The notes: generated by a model not told the origin, from the sequence alone. A stretch of 64,000 nucleotides of DNA from a virus (IMGVR_UViG_3300028805_000044); one strand, 5' to 3'. Counted from the stretch's first letter, positions 1 to 10,224 are shown. Made by a program: numbers and translations.

Positions 1-116
1 CAAATATAAAAAGAAATAAATTTATTTGTCGTCAATGTGATAATAATAAATGTAGGCATTACGATTGGTATGCAAAGAAATGTGTTCAATATGATGATTA
101 AATAAAATCAAATACT

Positions 117-542
117 ATGACAATTAAATCATACACAGACTTAGAACAGTCAAATAAGTTGGCTGAGATACTTCCAATTGAAAGTGCTGATATGTGTTAT
201 GAAGTAGGAGAAGATTTAGATGGGTATATAACAAAAACAATATATACACCATTGATGCATACGCCATATAATGATGACTATATTCCTTGTTGGAGTTTTG
301 CAGCATTGCTTGCTATATTACCTAATGAGATTATTACTGATAATAGGTTTGAATGCCACTATCAAATTGATATACGCAAATACGATGGAGGTGATAATAC
401 TACACTTTACCAAATCGCCTATGGCAATAATAGAGGTTCAAGTGGTTCTTGGCACGACATGATTAATACTGGAGAAAAAGAAAATCTTGTTGATTGTTGT
501 GTACAAATGATTTTGAAGTTACATGAATTTAAAATGTTGTGA
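117..542 (+). CDS. hypothetical early protein
   Basis: Intact 141-aa ORF with an A-rich start context. No motif recognised. Confidence 0.4.
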   Translation: MTIKSYTDLEQSNKLAEILPIESADMCYEVGEDLDGYITKTIYTPLMHTPYNDDYIPCWSFAALLAILPNEIITDNRFECHYQIDIRKYDGGDNTTLYQIAYGNNRGSSGSWHDMINTGEKENLVDCCVQMILKLHEFKML

Positions 543-823
543 TTATGGGTAAGTTTACTTTTGGAATGTATAAAGGGGAAGATATTGATACAATTATCAA
601 AGTAAATCCAAAATATGTGTTGTGGGCAGAACAAAATGTTTCTTATTTTTCCTTAACGCAAGAACAACACAATGCTTGTGTTTCAGCCATTAAACCAAAA
701 CCATCATACTTTGATAGAATGGAAATTAGAGAAAGGACATATAGTGATGATTACGATGATATTGATGGGTATTCTGCTGATTATGAAAATGATATGAGAA
801 GTTGTTTTGACCCTAATTATTAA
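539..823 (+). CDS. hypothetical early protein (acidic C-terminus)
   Basis: 94-aa ORF whose start overlaps the upstream stop (ATGA). No motif recognised. Confidence 0.4.
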   Translation: MIMGKFTFGMYKGEDIDTIIKVNPKYVLWAEQNVSYFSLTQEQHNACVSAIKPKPSYFDRMEIRERTYSDDYDDIDGYSADYENDMRSCFDPNY

Positions 824-914
824 CCATACACAAATTTAATTTGTTGTGATTATGGTATCAGTAGATTATTTTAGAGGCAAAGAATATTAAATTAAACTTA
901 TTATAATAAGGAAT

Positions 915-2453
915 ATGAATATACATGAAGAAACATTAAATATTGCTCGTTATCTTATAAAAAAACACCCAAGTCTTACAGATTGGGTAATTAGTAAATT
1001 TCCCGAACTCAAAGAGAGCGAGGATGAGAAGATAAGGAAAGAACTGATTTGTTATTTTGAAAAATATCCATCAATAGCTATTGGCCCTTTTAATACAAAG
1101 GAATGTATTGCTTGGCTTGAAAAGCAAGGAGAAGTTGTTGTTGACAAAGAGTTAAGTGATTTACTAAATAAGGTTATCTGTCATTTTATCAATGAACCAA
1201 ACATTCCTTATTCTGAAAGGGATGAGGTGTCAAAGAAGATTATACCATACGTTAAAGAACTTGAAAAGCAAGGCGAGCAGAAAACTACCATATCTGACGA
1301 AGCATTGCGTGAAGGTATCCTTAAATTTGGTATCACTCAATACCAAATAGATAACTGGTTAAAAAAGCATATCAACGTGGTTGAGCAGAAGCCTGCTGAT
1401 AAGGTTGAACCAAAGTTTCATGAAGGTGATTGGATTACTAATGGAGAATTTAGTACTCAAATTGTGGCTGTAGGAAGTGGACTCTATGTTATAAATAGAA
1501 AGGACATGTCAGAAGTATCACTTTCTATCAAGTATGTTGAAAAGTGGTATCATCTTTGGACTATCCAAGATGCAAAGGATGGTGATGTGCTTACATGGGA
1601 TAATGGACGATATATAATTTTGTTTAAAAAAGACAACATTGTTGCTCATTGCTCATACAACATCCATTCTAAGCACTTCGGTTTCTCTTCTAATTATGAT
1701 ACTCAATTTGACTGTATTTTTAATTTTACTCCAGCAACCAAAGAACAGCGTGACCTCCTATTCCAAAAGATGAAAGAAGTTGGATATGAGTGGGATGCTG
1801 AGAAGAGAGAGTTGAAGAAAATCGAGGATGAAGAATATAATGGAGAAGATTATGGGATTGACAGCCTTTACCATGCACAAAGAATCCTTGAAAAGACTCT
1901 TGGTAAAGTTGATGGCTATCAGACTGATGACGGCATCTTGGAGCATAAGTGTGCCATTAGTGCCGTAAAGAGTCTTTATGAGCAGAAGCCTGCTGATATA
2001 AATCCTTTATTATCTTGGAGTAGTGAAGAAGAAAAAATGCTTCAATGTCTTGAAGGTATTGTGAAAGATTATTGGGCAAAAGCAGAACAAGAGAAAAATG
2101 AAATTAAGATAAAAGAAGCAAGTAATGTTTCTTATTTTTTGAAAACCATACAAAAGTCACCACTTTGTTGGATTAAATGTTCTGATAGACTTCCAAATAG
2201 AGATGGTATATATCTTGTTGTAACAGATGGAAGATACAATGATGTTTATGACATAGCAAGGTACGACTCTATTGAGGGTTGGCATAAAGCCTCTGAAATA
2301 ATTTGTTGGATGCCGATACCCAAACTAAACAATAAAAGTATTATTAAGCAGAAGCCTGCAACGATGTCTCTTGATGAAGCTATTGAACATTGTAAGGAAA
2401 AGTCTTGCGGTAATAATGCTTGCGCTTTAGAACATAAGCAACTTGAAAGGTAG
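915..2453 (+). CDS. hypothetical protein with three internal EQKPAD/KQKPA repeats
   Basis: 512-aa ORF. The nt repeat gagcagaagcctgctgat occurs at about 1384 and 1981, with a variant at 2347. Ends on TAG, followed by an in-frame TAA 10 codons later. Confidence 0.5.
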   Translation: MNIHEETLNIARYLIKKHPSLTDWVISKFPELKESEDEKIRKELICYFEKYPSIAIGPFNTKECIAWLEKQGEVVVDKELSDLLNKVICHFINEPNIPYSERDEVSKKIIPYVKELEKQGEQKTTISDEALREGILKFGITQYQIDNWLKKHINVVEQKPADKVEPKFHEGDWITNGEFSTQIVAVGSGLYVINRKDMSEVSLSIKYVEKWYHLWTIQDAKDGDVLTWDNGRYIILFKKDNIVAHCSYNIHSKHFGFSSNYDTQFDCIFNFTPATKEQRDLLFQKMKEVGYEWDAEKRELKKIEDEEYNGEDYGIDSLYHAQRILEKTLGKVDGYQTDDGILEHKCAISAVKSLYEQKPADINPLLSWSSEEEKMLQCLEGIVKDYWAKAEQEKNEIKIKEASNVSYFLKTIQKSPLCWIKCSDRLPNRDGIYLVVTDGRYNDVYDIARYDSIEGWHKASEIICWMPIPKLNNKSIIKQKPATMSLDEAIEHCKEKSCGNNACALEHKQLER

Positions 2454-2669
2454 CTGACTGAATTAAAGGAACTAAAAGAATAAAGTTATGAAAACAAGAA
2501 AATGGTACTCTACTACTATTAAACCAGATAGAGCAAATGGCCTTATAATTATGACAGACATGGGATATGTTTTCCAAGCTATTTACGAGAATGGAAAATT
2601 TCTTGTGTCTATTGTCAAGAATTATAAAGTTTATTTTGAAAATTGGATTGAACAAGAAAATATCATTAA

Positions 2670-3062
2670 ATGGATGAAGATATGAAAGCAAACGAATTAA
2701 GTTGCAAAGACCTTATGGTTGGTGATTGGGTTAGGATTAAAATAACCCAACATAACACAACAGTAACTAATATAGATGCAAATAGTGTTTATACAGAAGC
2801 AGCATTTCCTATAAGATATGACGAAATAGAACCTATTTCTCTCACTCCAGAGATACTTGAAAAGAATGGATTTGAGTACTTTCATAAAAATTATTCTTCA
2901 CTAAGTTATGATCATCCATTTAAACTTAAAATGACAAATTGGCCAGATGAAAACGGGTTAGGTGGATTATGGACAATATCTAATATTATTGAAATCCGTT
3001 TTGTGCATCAACTCCAGCACGCTTTAAGACTTTGTGGAATTGAAAAAACTATTGAATTATGA
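2670..3062 (+). CDS. hypothetical protein
   Basis: 130-aa ORF in the tightly packed early region. Confidence 0.35.
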   Translation: MDEDMKANELSCKDLMVGDWVRIKITQHNTTVTNIDANSVYTEAAFPIRYDEIEPISLTPEILEKNGFEYFHKNYSSLSYDHPFKLKMTNWPDENGLGGLWTISNIIEIRFVHQLQHALRLCGIEKTIEL

Positions 3063-3313
3063 AAGCAAACGCACCAGAGAAGATTTATCTTTTTAAAAAT
3101 CCTATCACAGAAACACCTGACGATAGATGGTTGTCTAATAGAAGTGACGAGAACGACATCGAGTACACTCGCACTGATGCCTTTATTGAGAAAGCAGAGA
3201 AATATTTGGAAAGCCAATTTATTAAGGATGTTTCCGTTTTAGCTGCAGGCGCAGTTCACATAAACTTTTCAATAGCAATTAAAAATTTTGTAAACTATAT
3301 GAAGAGAGAGTAA
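3059..3313 (+). CDS. hypothetical protein, paralog of 3315..3635
   Basis: Shares the TDAFIEKA(E/C)..L motif with the following ORF, so this is a tandem duplication. Confidence 0.4.
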   Translation: MKANAPEKIYLFKNPITETPDDRWLSNRSDENDIEYTRTDAFIEKAEKYLESQFIKDVSVLAAGAVHINFSIAIKNFVNYMKRE

Positions 3314-3314
3314 T

Positions 3315-3635
3315 ATGAAACCGATAGACAAAGACGCTTTAGTAGCGAAGATAGAGAAACGTTTTGATGAATATTCAAGTAGTATTCTAAGACATTATGA
3401 TGCTTGTACTGAGGCAAGAGCATCTGAACTTGGTAAAATATTAGTGATTCTAAATACCCTTGAAGTGAAAGAGGTGGATTCTACTGATGCCTTCATTGAG
3501 AAGGCTTGTGAATGGTTGAATAAAGAATCCGAATCTTATGTGAAAACTGGGGGTGTAGGAGCTTGTGTGACTTACGAAGGATTAGATGTAAAAGAATTAG
3601 TTGAGGACTTTGAAAAATATATGAAAGGAGAGTAA
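3315..3635 (+). CDS. hypothetical protein, paralog of 3059..3313
   Basis: Carries the STDAFIEKACEWL motif shared with the upstream ORF. Confidence 0.4.
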   Translation: MKPIDKDALVAKIEKRFDEYSSSILRHYDACTEARASELGKILVILNTLEVKEVDSTDAFIEKACEWLNKESESYVKTGGVGACVTYEGLDVKELVEDFEKYMKGE

Positions 3636-4092
3636 GGTATGAAAGTAGGACGTGATTATGCGTGGTAGGTAAGTTATTCATGGACTTATTCTAGCTATTG
3701 TAGTAGGACTAGTAGAGTTGATAATCGATGGTATTATTTTAACAACTTATGAATAAACAATTAAGTTTATTTCCAGAGATGGCTATGAGGCTATCCAATA
3801 ACCTAGATGAAGAAGCACATATTTATGCTAAAGAAAATTTTCCATCACATGTATCTTTAGTTAAAGGTGCTATAGAACAAGCTTACAAAGATGGAGCAGG
3901 CATGGTCTTTGCAGAGATAATAGATTTACTTAAAAAGTATTTAGATTTACATGAATCCTAAAATTATTTAATTATGAAGTATAAAAAGAGACTAAAGAAT
4001 TTGGAAGCACGTATTAAGGCTTGGGAAGCTAGAGGAGGTAAGAACAAAGAAAGTGGACACTTACATAAGAAACCTGGCTCAAAAAATAAATA

Positions 4093-4527
4093 ATGGTAGA
4101 CCGAAGGCATAGTACTATTACTCCTGGATTTAGTAAGGATGATAGAAGTACATTTAAGTATTGGTTTGCACATTGGTGTGCTTTTCAGATGACTGCTCTT
4201 AATCTTGGAGTATGGAGGTTTAAATACCTTTTCCATGATTGGGAGAAACCTTGGATGCGTTTATTTTTACCTTATAATAAGGTACAGAAATGGCATCGTA
4301 CGCACAGGAGACACCATCCTGAGTATGGAGAAATTCATGGTTGGGACAAAGTAGATTGGGATGAAATGCTTATTGATTGGGAGTGCTGTCACTATACAAA
4401 AATAGCACAACCTCTTAATGCTTCTGAAACTCTTATAGAACTTTTTTCAGAGAAATCTTATTATTATATTATGCAACAACAAATTTTATCCAGACTAACA
4501 ATATTAATTAGTCATGAAAATTGTTAA
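4093..4527 (+). CDS. hypothetical His/Trp-rich protein
   Basis: 144-aa ORF with an HRTHRRHHPEYGEIHGW segment. Confidence 0.35.
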   Translation: MVDRRHSTITPGFSKDDRSTFKYWFAHWCAFQMTALNLGVWRFKYLFHDWEKPWMRLFLPYNKVQKWHRTHRRHHPEYGEIHGWDKVDWDEMLIDWECCHYTKIAQPLNASETLIELFSEKSYYYIMQQQILSRLTILISHENC

Positions 4528-4744
4528 AATAATTATTTTAGTATCAGCTATTTTTATGATGGCTTGTAGTTCTAGAGACGCTACAAATACTTGTAAGGAA
4601 GAAGCTGTAGAAAGTAGTAATTACTTAGAAGTAAAACCTCTTACTTATAAAGGGCATAGATATCTTTGGTTTAGAGCTAGTTCTCGTAAAGGATTTGGTG
4701 GTATTACTCACGATCCTAATTGTAAATGTTATTATCGAAAATGA
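4514..4744 (+). CDS. putative small lipoprotein
   Basis: N-terminus MKIVKIIILVSAIFMMACSS is a hydrophobic signal followed by Cys. Confidence 0.4.
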   Translation: MKIVKIIILVSAIFMMACSSRDATNTCKEEAVESSNYLEVKPLTYKGHRYLWFRASSRKGFGGITHDPNCKCYYRK

Positions 4745-4932
4745 ATTGGACAAAATCGTTTTGTATCCTTGTATGGATTATCTTAGTCATTCTTGGATCA
4801 GACTTAGCCTTTAGTTGGCTAAATTTGGCTAATACTGTAGCCAATATTGCTGGAGCATTCCTAGTATTATTTATAATTTTTATTTCAGTTAAAACAAAAG
4901 CATTTACTAATTTTAAATTTTGGAAAAAATGA
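4726..4932 (+). CDS. small membrane protein
   Basis: 68-aa ORF with two predicted TM segments. Confidence 0.35.
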   Translation: MLLSKMNWTKSFCILVWIILVILGSDLAFSWLNLANTVANIAGAFLVLFIIFISVKTKAFTNFKFWKK

Positions 4933-5502
4933 AAAAACTTTTAGGAATTTTGTTTGTTGTTATGCTTGCATTAGTAGGTATGACAAGTTGTGGTCTTGAG
5001 CGTGTGGACGCAGGTTGTGAAGGCATTGAAGTATCTCTGTATGGAGATGATCGAGGTGTTGGCGAAGTTAACTTGGTAACTGGCTGGGTAGTTTACAATC
5101 CCTGGACCAAGCAAATTTTTGAGTATCCAACTTACGTCCAAACCATTGATTACGAACCTTTTACCATCAATGCCAAGGATGGCCCTCTCTTTACCATTGA
5201 TCCTAATGTAAATATTAAGGTTGCTGATGGTAAAGCTCCCCAAGTATTTAAAAAGTACAGAAAGGATTTACAAGATGTAATAAATGGACCTGTGCTCAAA
5301 TATATTAAAGACGCTTGTCGTATTGAAATTAATAAGTTCACAACGGATGAAATTGTCTCTAACAGAGAAATGATTGAAAATGCTATTGAAAAGCGTTTGA
5401 AATTCAATCTTGCTAAAGAGGGCTTTGTTCTCGACAACTTTACTTCTGGTCTGAAATATCCTGAATCGATTGTCGAAGCAATTAATGCCAAGACCAAGGC
5501 TT
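4920..5502 (+). CDS. SPFH/band-7 (prohibitin/HflC-like) lipoprotein, exon 1; lipobox-type signal peptide
   Basis: N-terminus MEKMKKLLGILFVVMLALVGMTSC is followed by an SPFH core (VDAGCEGIEVSLYG...TIDPNVNIKVADG...ESIVEAINAKTKA). The SPFH fold stops abruptly at TAA 5502-5504. Boundary is ±1 nt. Confidence 0.7.
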
Positions 5503-6441
5503 AATATGTAGGGCCCCCTATGTAGTAATATATAGGGATAACTCCTCTAATTGCTGGAACCTCCATGTAAAATTAATTTTATATTTTTATTTTCATTCTC
5601 AACAATTATTTTTATTTTCATATATAGAAAATAAATAATAGCTATAGATAATGAAATTAATAAAAATTTAAATTTTAATTATTATGGAAAATCAGCAGCT
5701 AAAGACAAAAAATGCTCAAAAGTATTTTATCAAACCTGGATAGGTTTATGGTAATTTTAAAACTATTGAAGAAATAAAAATTCAAACTAGCAAGTGTGTA
5801 GAGACAAGGTGGAGATGTTTACATTTACCAACAGGACAAGAGAAACTAGAAAGAGCTTCATATCTTATAAAGTTTCCTACTCTTGAAGAAAAACAAGCAG
5901 AGCTTGATAAAATGGTAGAAGAAGATCGTCACCAACTTGGATTTCGTAATTATTTATTTAGAAATGCACAAAAAGGAGCTAAAGAAAGAAAACATGAATT
6001 TAACTTATCTTATGATGAATTTATAAGTATAATTAAAAAACCATGTTATTATTGCGGGGAAGCTCCAAGACCTGCAACTATGGATCAATTAAAAAAGAGG
6101 GGTAATACTCAAGAACCCACTTTTTATTATAATGGTATAGACAGAATAGATCCTAATGGTAATTATGATTTACATAATTGTGTACCTTGCTGTCCAGTAT
6201 GTAACTATATGAAACATACTTTAGCACAAAATGAATTTTATAAACATATTCTAAAAATAGTAGAGCATTTAAGTTTAAGTTCAACGACTATCTCGAAAGA
6301 GAGTACAGTACAAGCTAATGGTACTGGAAATGGGGAGGATCCAGAAATGGATCAAGATATAGTCTCATCTGCATGTATAAATAAAGATGCAGCGGTCTTA
6401 AATGACGGGGATGAGAGTTGCGTCTCATCTTGAAGATATTG
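5503..6441 (+). mobile_element. putative self-splicing (group I-like) intron carrying an HNH homing endonuclease, inserted in the SPFH gene
   Basis: A 0.94-kb interruption lies between the two halves of one SPFH protein. An in-frame stop sits right at the 5' junction. The upstream exon ends in U and the element ends in G. A possible P1 forms between exon GGCU and intron GGGCC at 5511-5515. Hairpins lie in the last 80 nt (ctgcat/atgcag and gatgaga/tctcatc). Confidence 0.55.
5912..6433 (+). CDS. HNH homing endonuclease (intron-encoded)
   Basis: Contains CYYCG ... GIDRIDPNGNYDLHNCVPCCPVCNYMKH, which is an HNH motif with a zinc-binding Cys pair. Confidence 0.75.
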   Translation: MVEEDRHQLGFRNYLFRNAQKGAKERKHEFNLSYDEFISIIKKPCYYCGEAPRPATMDQLKKRGNTQEPTFYYNGIDRIDPNGNYDLHNCVPCCPVCNYMKHTLAQNEFYKHILKIVEHLSLSSTTISKESTVQANGTGNGEDPEMDQDIVSSACINKDAAVLNDGDESCVSS

Positions 6442-6666
6442 GTACAGGAAGCTCAAAGAGTAGAAAACGAGTTAAAGATTGCTGAGGCTGAAGCACGTAA
6501 AAAGATTGTTGCAGCTGAAGCAGAAAAGCAAGCTAATGAACTTAGGACTCAAGCTTTAACTCCTGCTATTCTACAGCAAATGTGGATTGAGAAATGGGAT
6601 GGTACTTTGCCTCAGACTATGGCTGGAGGTGATTCTAAATTACTCTTAAACTTACCTTCTAAGTGA
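6442..6666 (+). CDS. SPFH/band-7 protein, exon 2 (C-terminal coiled-coil and KWDG region)
   Basis: VQEAQRVENELKIAEAEARKKIVAAEAEKQANELRTQALTPAILQQMWIEKWDGTLPQ is a typical prohibitin/HflC C-terminus. It joins exon 1 in frame as ...AINAKTKA|VQEAQR. Confidence 0.65.
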   Translation, partial: VQEAQRVENELKIAEAEARKKIVAAEAEKQANELRTQALTPAILQQMWIEKWDGTLPQTMAGGDSKLLLNLPSK

Positions 6667-6947
6667 ATATAGTTCTATTTTTAATAAGTACCTTTATATT
6701 CTTTAGTCTTTATAGAAATTTAGAATATAGGAGTAGCTATCGTGAAAACTGGAAAAATCTAAGCTTTCATTTATGGCAATGGATTGTAATTTGGATATGC
6801 CTACTTTTACCAATTATAAATATAATTGGAGTTATATTCTTTATAATTGGTGTGACATTGGAAGTAAACGGTTATAATCCAGATATGAGATTTAAGAAAA
6901 CAGGTTGGTTAAAAAGATTTTTAGATTTTATGAATAAAGAAATTTAG
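6663..6947 (+). CDS. small membrane protein (2 TM)
   Basis: 94-aa ORF with hydrophobic segments. Confidence 0.4.
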   Translation: MNIVLFLISTFIFFSLYRNLEYRSSYRENWKNLSFHLWQWIVIWICLLLPIINIIGVIFFIIGVTLEVNGYNPDMRFKKTGWLKRFLDFMNKEI

Positions 6948-6956
6948 TATATTTAA

Positions 6957-7193
6957 ATGTTAGGAATGCTAATAAGTATTATCGTTACTGCTTTGCTACT
7001 TTATGTAGCTTTCCATACAAAATTTGATGGAGATAAATTACCTAATTGGTGCTTCTATACTATAGCAGCATTGACTTTATGTAATTGGGAATCAGCACTT
7101 GTTATGTTGGCTCTGTCTGTATATTGTCTTTATAAAGGAATTAAGTCAGGAGAGATAAGTACATTAAAATGGATTGAAAATCTGATTAAATAA
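6957..7193 (+). CDS. small membrane protein (2 TM)
   Basis: 78-aa ORF with two hydrophobic segments. Confidence 0.4.
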   Translation: MLGMLISIIVTALLLYVAFHTKFDGDKLPNWCFYTIAALTLCNWESALVMLALSVYCLYKGIKSGEISTLKWIENLIK

Positions 7194-7630
7194 TGTCAGA
7201 CGATAGTTATCGAATTTTAGATTCTTCCGAAATTGAAGTTTACAAGAATAAGGATTGGTTCTATAAAGAATCATTTCTGGTTGTAAATAATCAATGGGCA
7301 GTACCAGAAAAGAGATTACTCAAAGAACTAGATAAGAAAAAGTTTTATCGGCAAAAATTACAAGAACTTATAGATGAGTTTGAGTTTTGGAAGGTAGAGA
7401 ATGTCATGGAAGTCTTAGAATGGACATGGGTTGACATTGGCGGCTATCCAAAAAAAGATGACATGATAAAGTTAGTTAAAAGTCTTTATGATAGCATTGA
7501 AAATAGAGTCCTAAAGGGAGAATACTGTTTTTGTGCTACAGGAGGATTTAAACTTACCTTTAATCCAGATGAAGACAATGAGTTAAATCTTGTATTTGAA
7601 GCAGAAAACTATTCTGTCTATGGTAATTGA
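7193..7630 (+). CDS. hypothetical protein
   Basis: 145-aa ORF whose start overlaps the upstream stop. Confidence 0.4.
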   Translation: MSDDSYRILDSSEIEVYKNKDWFYKESFLVVNNQWAVPEKRLLKELDKKKFYRQKLQELIDEFEFWKVENVMEVLEWTWVDIGGYPKKDDMIKLVKSLYDSIENRVLKGEYCFCATGGFKLTFNPDEDNELNLVFEAENYSVYGN

Positions 7631-7884
7631 AGAGAAAGACTTTCGAATGACTCAAATTAGTCAGAGTTCACCTTTCTGGGATTTAGAAGTCTTAAAGACT
7701 ATAAAACCTAAAGGTGGAGAATCTAGACAAGAGTTTACAAACGTTGGCTATGGCATGACGTTAGGACATTGTCTTAAATCTATAGTAAATTTTCGGCTTT
7801 CTAATAAACATCTTGAAGATGTTGTTTCAATGAAGCAATATTTAAAAGAGTATATAGCTGAAATAAAAGAAATTAAGAGTTATA

Positions 7885-8361
7885 TTGATGAGGCAATCTT
7901 GGAAGACCAAAAAATTGAAGATAGAGCTGAATAGGCTCTTTACTTTCTTAGACAAGAACTATAACATTAATTGGGGTGGTTGTTGTTGGCTTACATACTG
8001 CTTAGCTTATAACTTAGAAAGATTAAATATTCCCTACTCTCTTGTTATATATGATGGCGAAGGAGATTCAGAAGAGGCATATAACAATATAGTGGAAAGA
8101 TGGACACGTTTTCCTACAGGAGACGAGACTGCTTCCCATTATACTCTTAAAGCAAGAGGTCTTGGTATTCTTAATAAGAGTAAAGGAGATCCTTTTATAC
8201 TTGTTCATGATGTTGATTCTAAAGATATTCGCTGGATTTATGATGAAGGAAATTGGAATGAATGTTATAATTCTAGATTAAACGATGAAATTAAAAACTT
8301 AGTAGACACAGTTTTCAAAATTTATGAAAAAGAAATCTGTAAAACCTCAGAAACTGATTGA
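7885..8361 (+). CDS. hypothetical protein
   Basis: 158-aa ORF. Confidence 0.35.
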   Translation: MMRQSWKTKKLKIELNRLFTFLDKNYNINWGGCCWLTYCLAYNLERLNIPYSLVIYDGEGDSEEAYNNIVERWTRFPTGDETASHYTLKARGLGILNKSKGDPFILVHDVDSKDIRWIYDEGNWNECYNSRLNDEIKNLVDTVFKIYEKEICKTSETD

Positions 8362-8548
8362 TATTCAGTGCCCTAGATGTGGTCGAATAACACATCATTA
8401 CCTCAATGAGGAAACTGGCGAATACAAATGCGTAATCTGTCAGAGTATTAATAAGACAGTCAAAGTAGCACCCAAAATCGTTTTTGAAATGGACCCTGAA
8501 TTGGATGCTGCTCTTAATCCAGAGAGTGAACAACTTTCTAATGAGTAA
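8324..8548 (+). CDS. small zinc-ribbon protein
   Basis: CPRCG...CVICQ gives two CxxC pairs. Confidence 0.4.
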   Translation: MKKKSVKPQKLIDIQCPRCGRITHHYLNEETGEYKCVICQSINKTVKVAPKIVFEMDPELDAALNPESEQLSNE

Positions 8549-8570
8549 CTAGCTATAAATTTATTTACAA

Positions 8571-9047
8571 ATGAACAACTTACAGAACGATTCTCTTCTA
8601 GCTGAAAAAGCTAAGGAAGAGTGGGTGGATGTTCACGATCGTGAACTTATGATCTATCTAGGAATTCAACCTCCATATTATGAAGGAAGAGATCCTAGTG
8701 TGTGGGAGAAAACTAAGAAGGAAAAGGAGCTTCTTAAGACACTAAAGTCTAGATGCACCAATATCCTTCCTAGACAATGGCCTTATACAGAGCCACGTTC
8801 TTCTTTCTTCTCTAAATTAATTGTTAGAATTCGACCTAGCAATAAATTTAAATTTATAGACAAACGTGGAAATGAGCAGAAAAAAACTTATTTTGCTCAT
8901 AAAAATGTTTGTGAGTCGGATATTCCTAATATACTAGCTAAATACTATGTATGGAAGGATAAAGCACGTCAAACTTTGGTAATATCTTATGAGTGGAACG
9001 GCAAAACCTACTTCCCTAACGAGTTACCTAACATCAGACGGAAGTAG
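8571..9047 (+). CDS. hypothetical protein
   Basis: 158-aa ORF. Confidence 0.35.
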   Translation: MNNLQNDSLLAEKAKEEWVDVHDRELMIYLGIQPPYYEGRDPSVWEKTKKEKELLKTLKSRCTNILPRQWPYTEPRSSFFSKLIVRIRPSNKFKFIDKRGNEQKKTYFAHKNVCESDIPNILAKYYVWKDKARQTLVISYEWNGKTYFPNELPNIRRK

Positions 9048-9307
9048 AATTACTCCAGCTCCGTTCTTTCTTTATGAAGTAACTACTTATAAACTATATA
9101 ATAGTAAACAAGCAAGTCCTGCAAAAGGAAGAGCGGAGTTGATTAATTCAAAGTTTTTTAAAGCTTATAAGCCCTTGAAGACATTAGGGTACAAAGCTTT
9201 AAAAACTCCGGGGTATCTATTAGAAATGACAGTTTCTTGGTTAGGTGCTCCATTACAATATATTTTAGATAATAATTTACCTAATTACGATCCAAAAAAG
9301 AAGAAAA

Positions 9308-9871
9308 ATGAAAAAAGACGTAGTAATGTTCCGAAAAGGAAACATCGTTGATTTCCGGGGTGTTGAACACCCATTTATTGTATGTGCCCTTAGCACTAGT
9401 AATTTCCAGACTGAAGAGCATAAAGTAGAACTTAGTGTAAGAGATACTGATGCTTATATCGTTGACAGTATGGAATTTCCTCGTGCCGTCTTTATAGGTA
9501 TATCAGTTTGTAATCCTGAGGACAATTGGGATGAAGAGAAGGGTAAAATGATTGCTCTTGCTAAGGCTAAGGGATTTAATCCTTATAAGATTCAGAAATC
9601 TGCAGCTTTATTTGCTACTCGTTCTGGTCTTATTAGTGAACCTTTGGTTAATGCATTGCTGGATAAGGAAGTTCAGCATGTAATAGATGATCCAGAGTCT
9701 GTTATTAAGGGTTATAATAAAATGAAACTTCGCTATGAATCTGAACTTGAGAAAGCAAAATTCTTAGAGAAGTTACCTGAACCTCTTCTTGATCTAGCTG
9801 GTAAATTAGCTGCTTTAACTGCTAAAGAAACTGACCAAGTGATTACAGCAGCATTAATAAAGTCTGAATGA
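9308..9871 (+). CDS. hypothetical protein
   Basis: 187-aa ORF. Confidence 0.4.
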   Translation: MKKDVVMFRKGNIVDFRGVEHPFIVCALSTSNFQTEEHKVELSVRDTDAYIVDSMEFPRAVFIGISVCNPEDNWDEEKGKMIALAKAKGFNPYKIQKSAALFATRSGLISEPLVNALLDKEVQHVIDDPESVIKGYNKMKLRYESELEKAKFLEKLPEPLLDLAGKLAALTAKETDQVITAALIKSE

Positions 9872-10224
9872 GCAAGTCTTTCTGGGTATACGTAGTATTA
9901 ACACTTATTCTAATAGGATGTCTTTGTTATTGGGTAGTCAGCTTTACACCTAAGATAGTGACTCCAGAGGAGATACTTCTTAGAAAGGTTGACTCCCTTT
10001 CTACTAAAATTGACTCTATAAAAAGAGCAAATGATAGTATAAGAATAGTAATAGATACAACCCAAGTTGAAATTGAACATGTTTATGAAAAGTATATCCA
10101 AATTCACGATCGCATTGTTGCTCAGTCTGTTGATTCCGACTGTGTCTTTTTCTCAAACTATCTATCCAAAGATAGTAAACGATTCATTGATACTATTAAC
10201 TTCGAGCCAATTAAAGCATACTAA
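9868..10224 (+). CDS. hypothetical membrane-anchored protein
   Basis: Has an N-terminal TM segment (FWVYVVLTLILIGCLCYWVV). Confidence 0.35.
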   Translation: MSKSFWVYVVLTLILIGCLCYWVVSFTPKIVTPEEILLRKVDSLSTKIDSIKRANDSIRIVIDTTQVEIEHVYEKYIQIHDRIVAQSVDSDCVFFSNYLSKDSKRFIDTINFEPIKAY

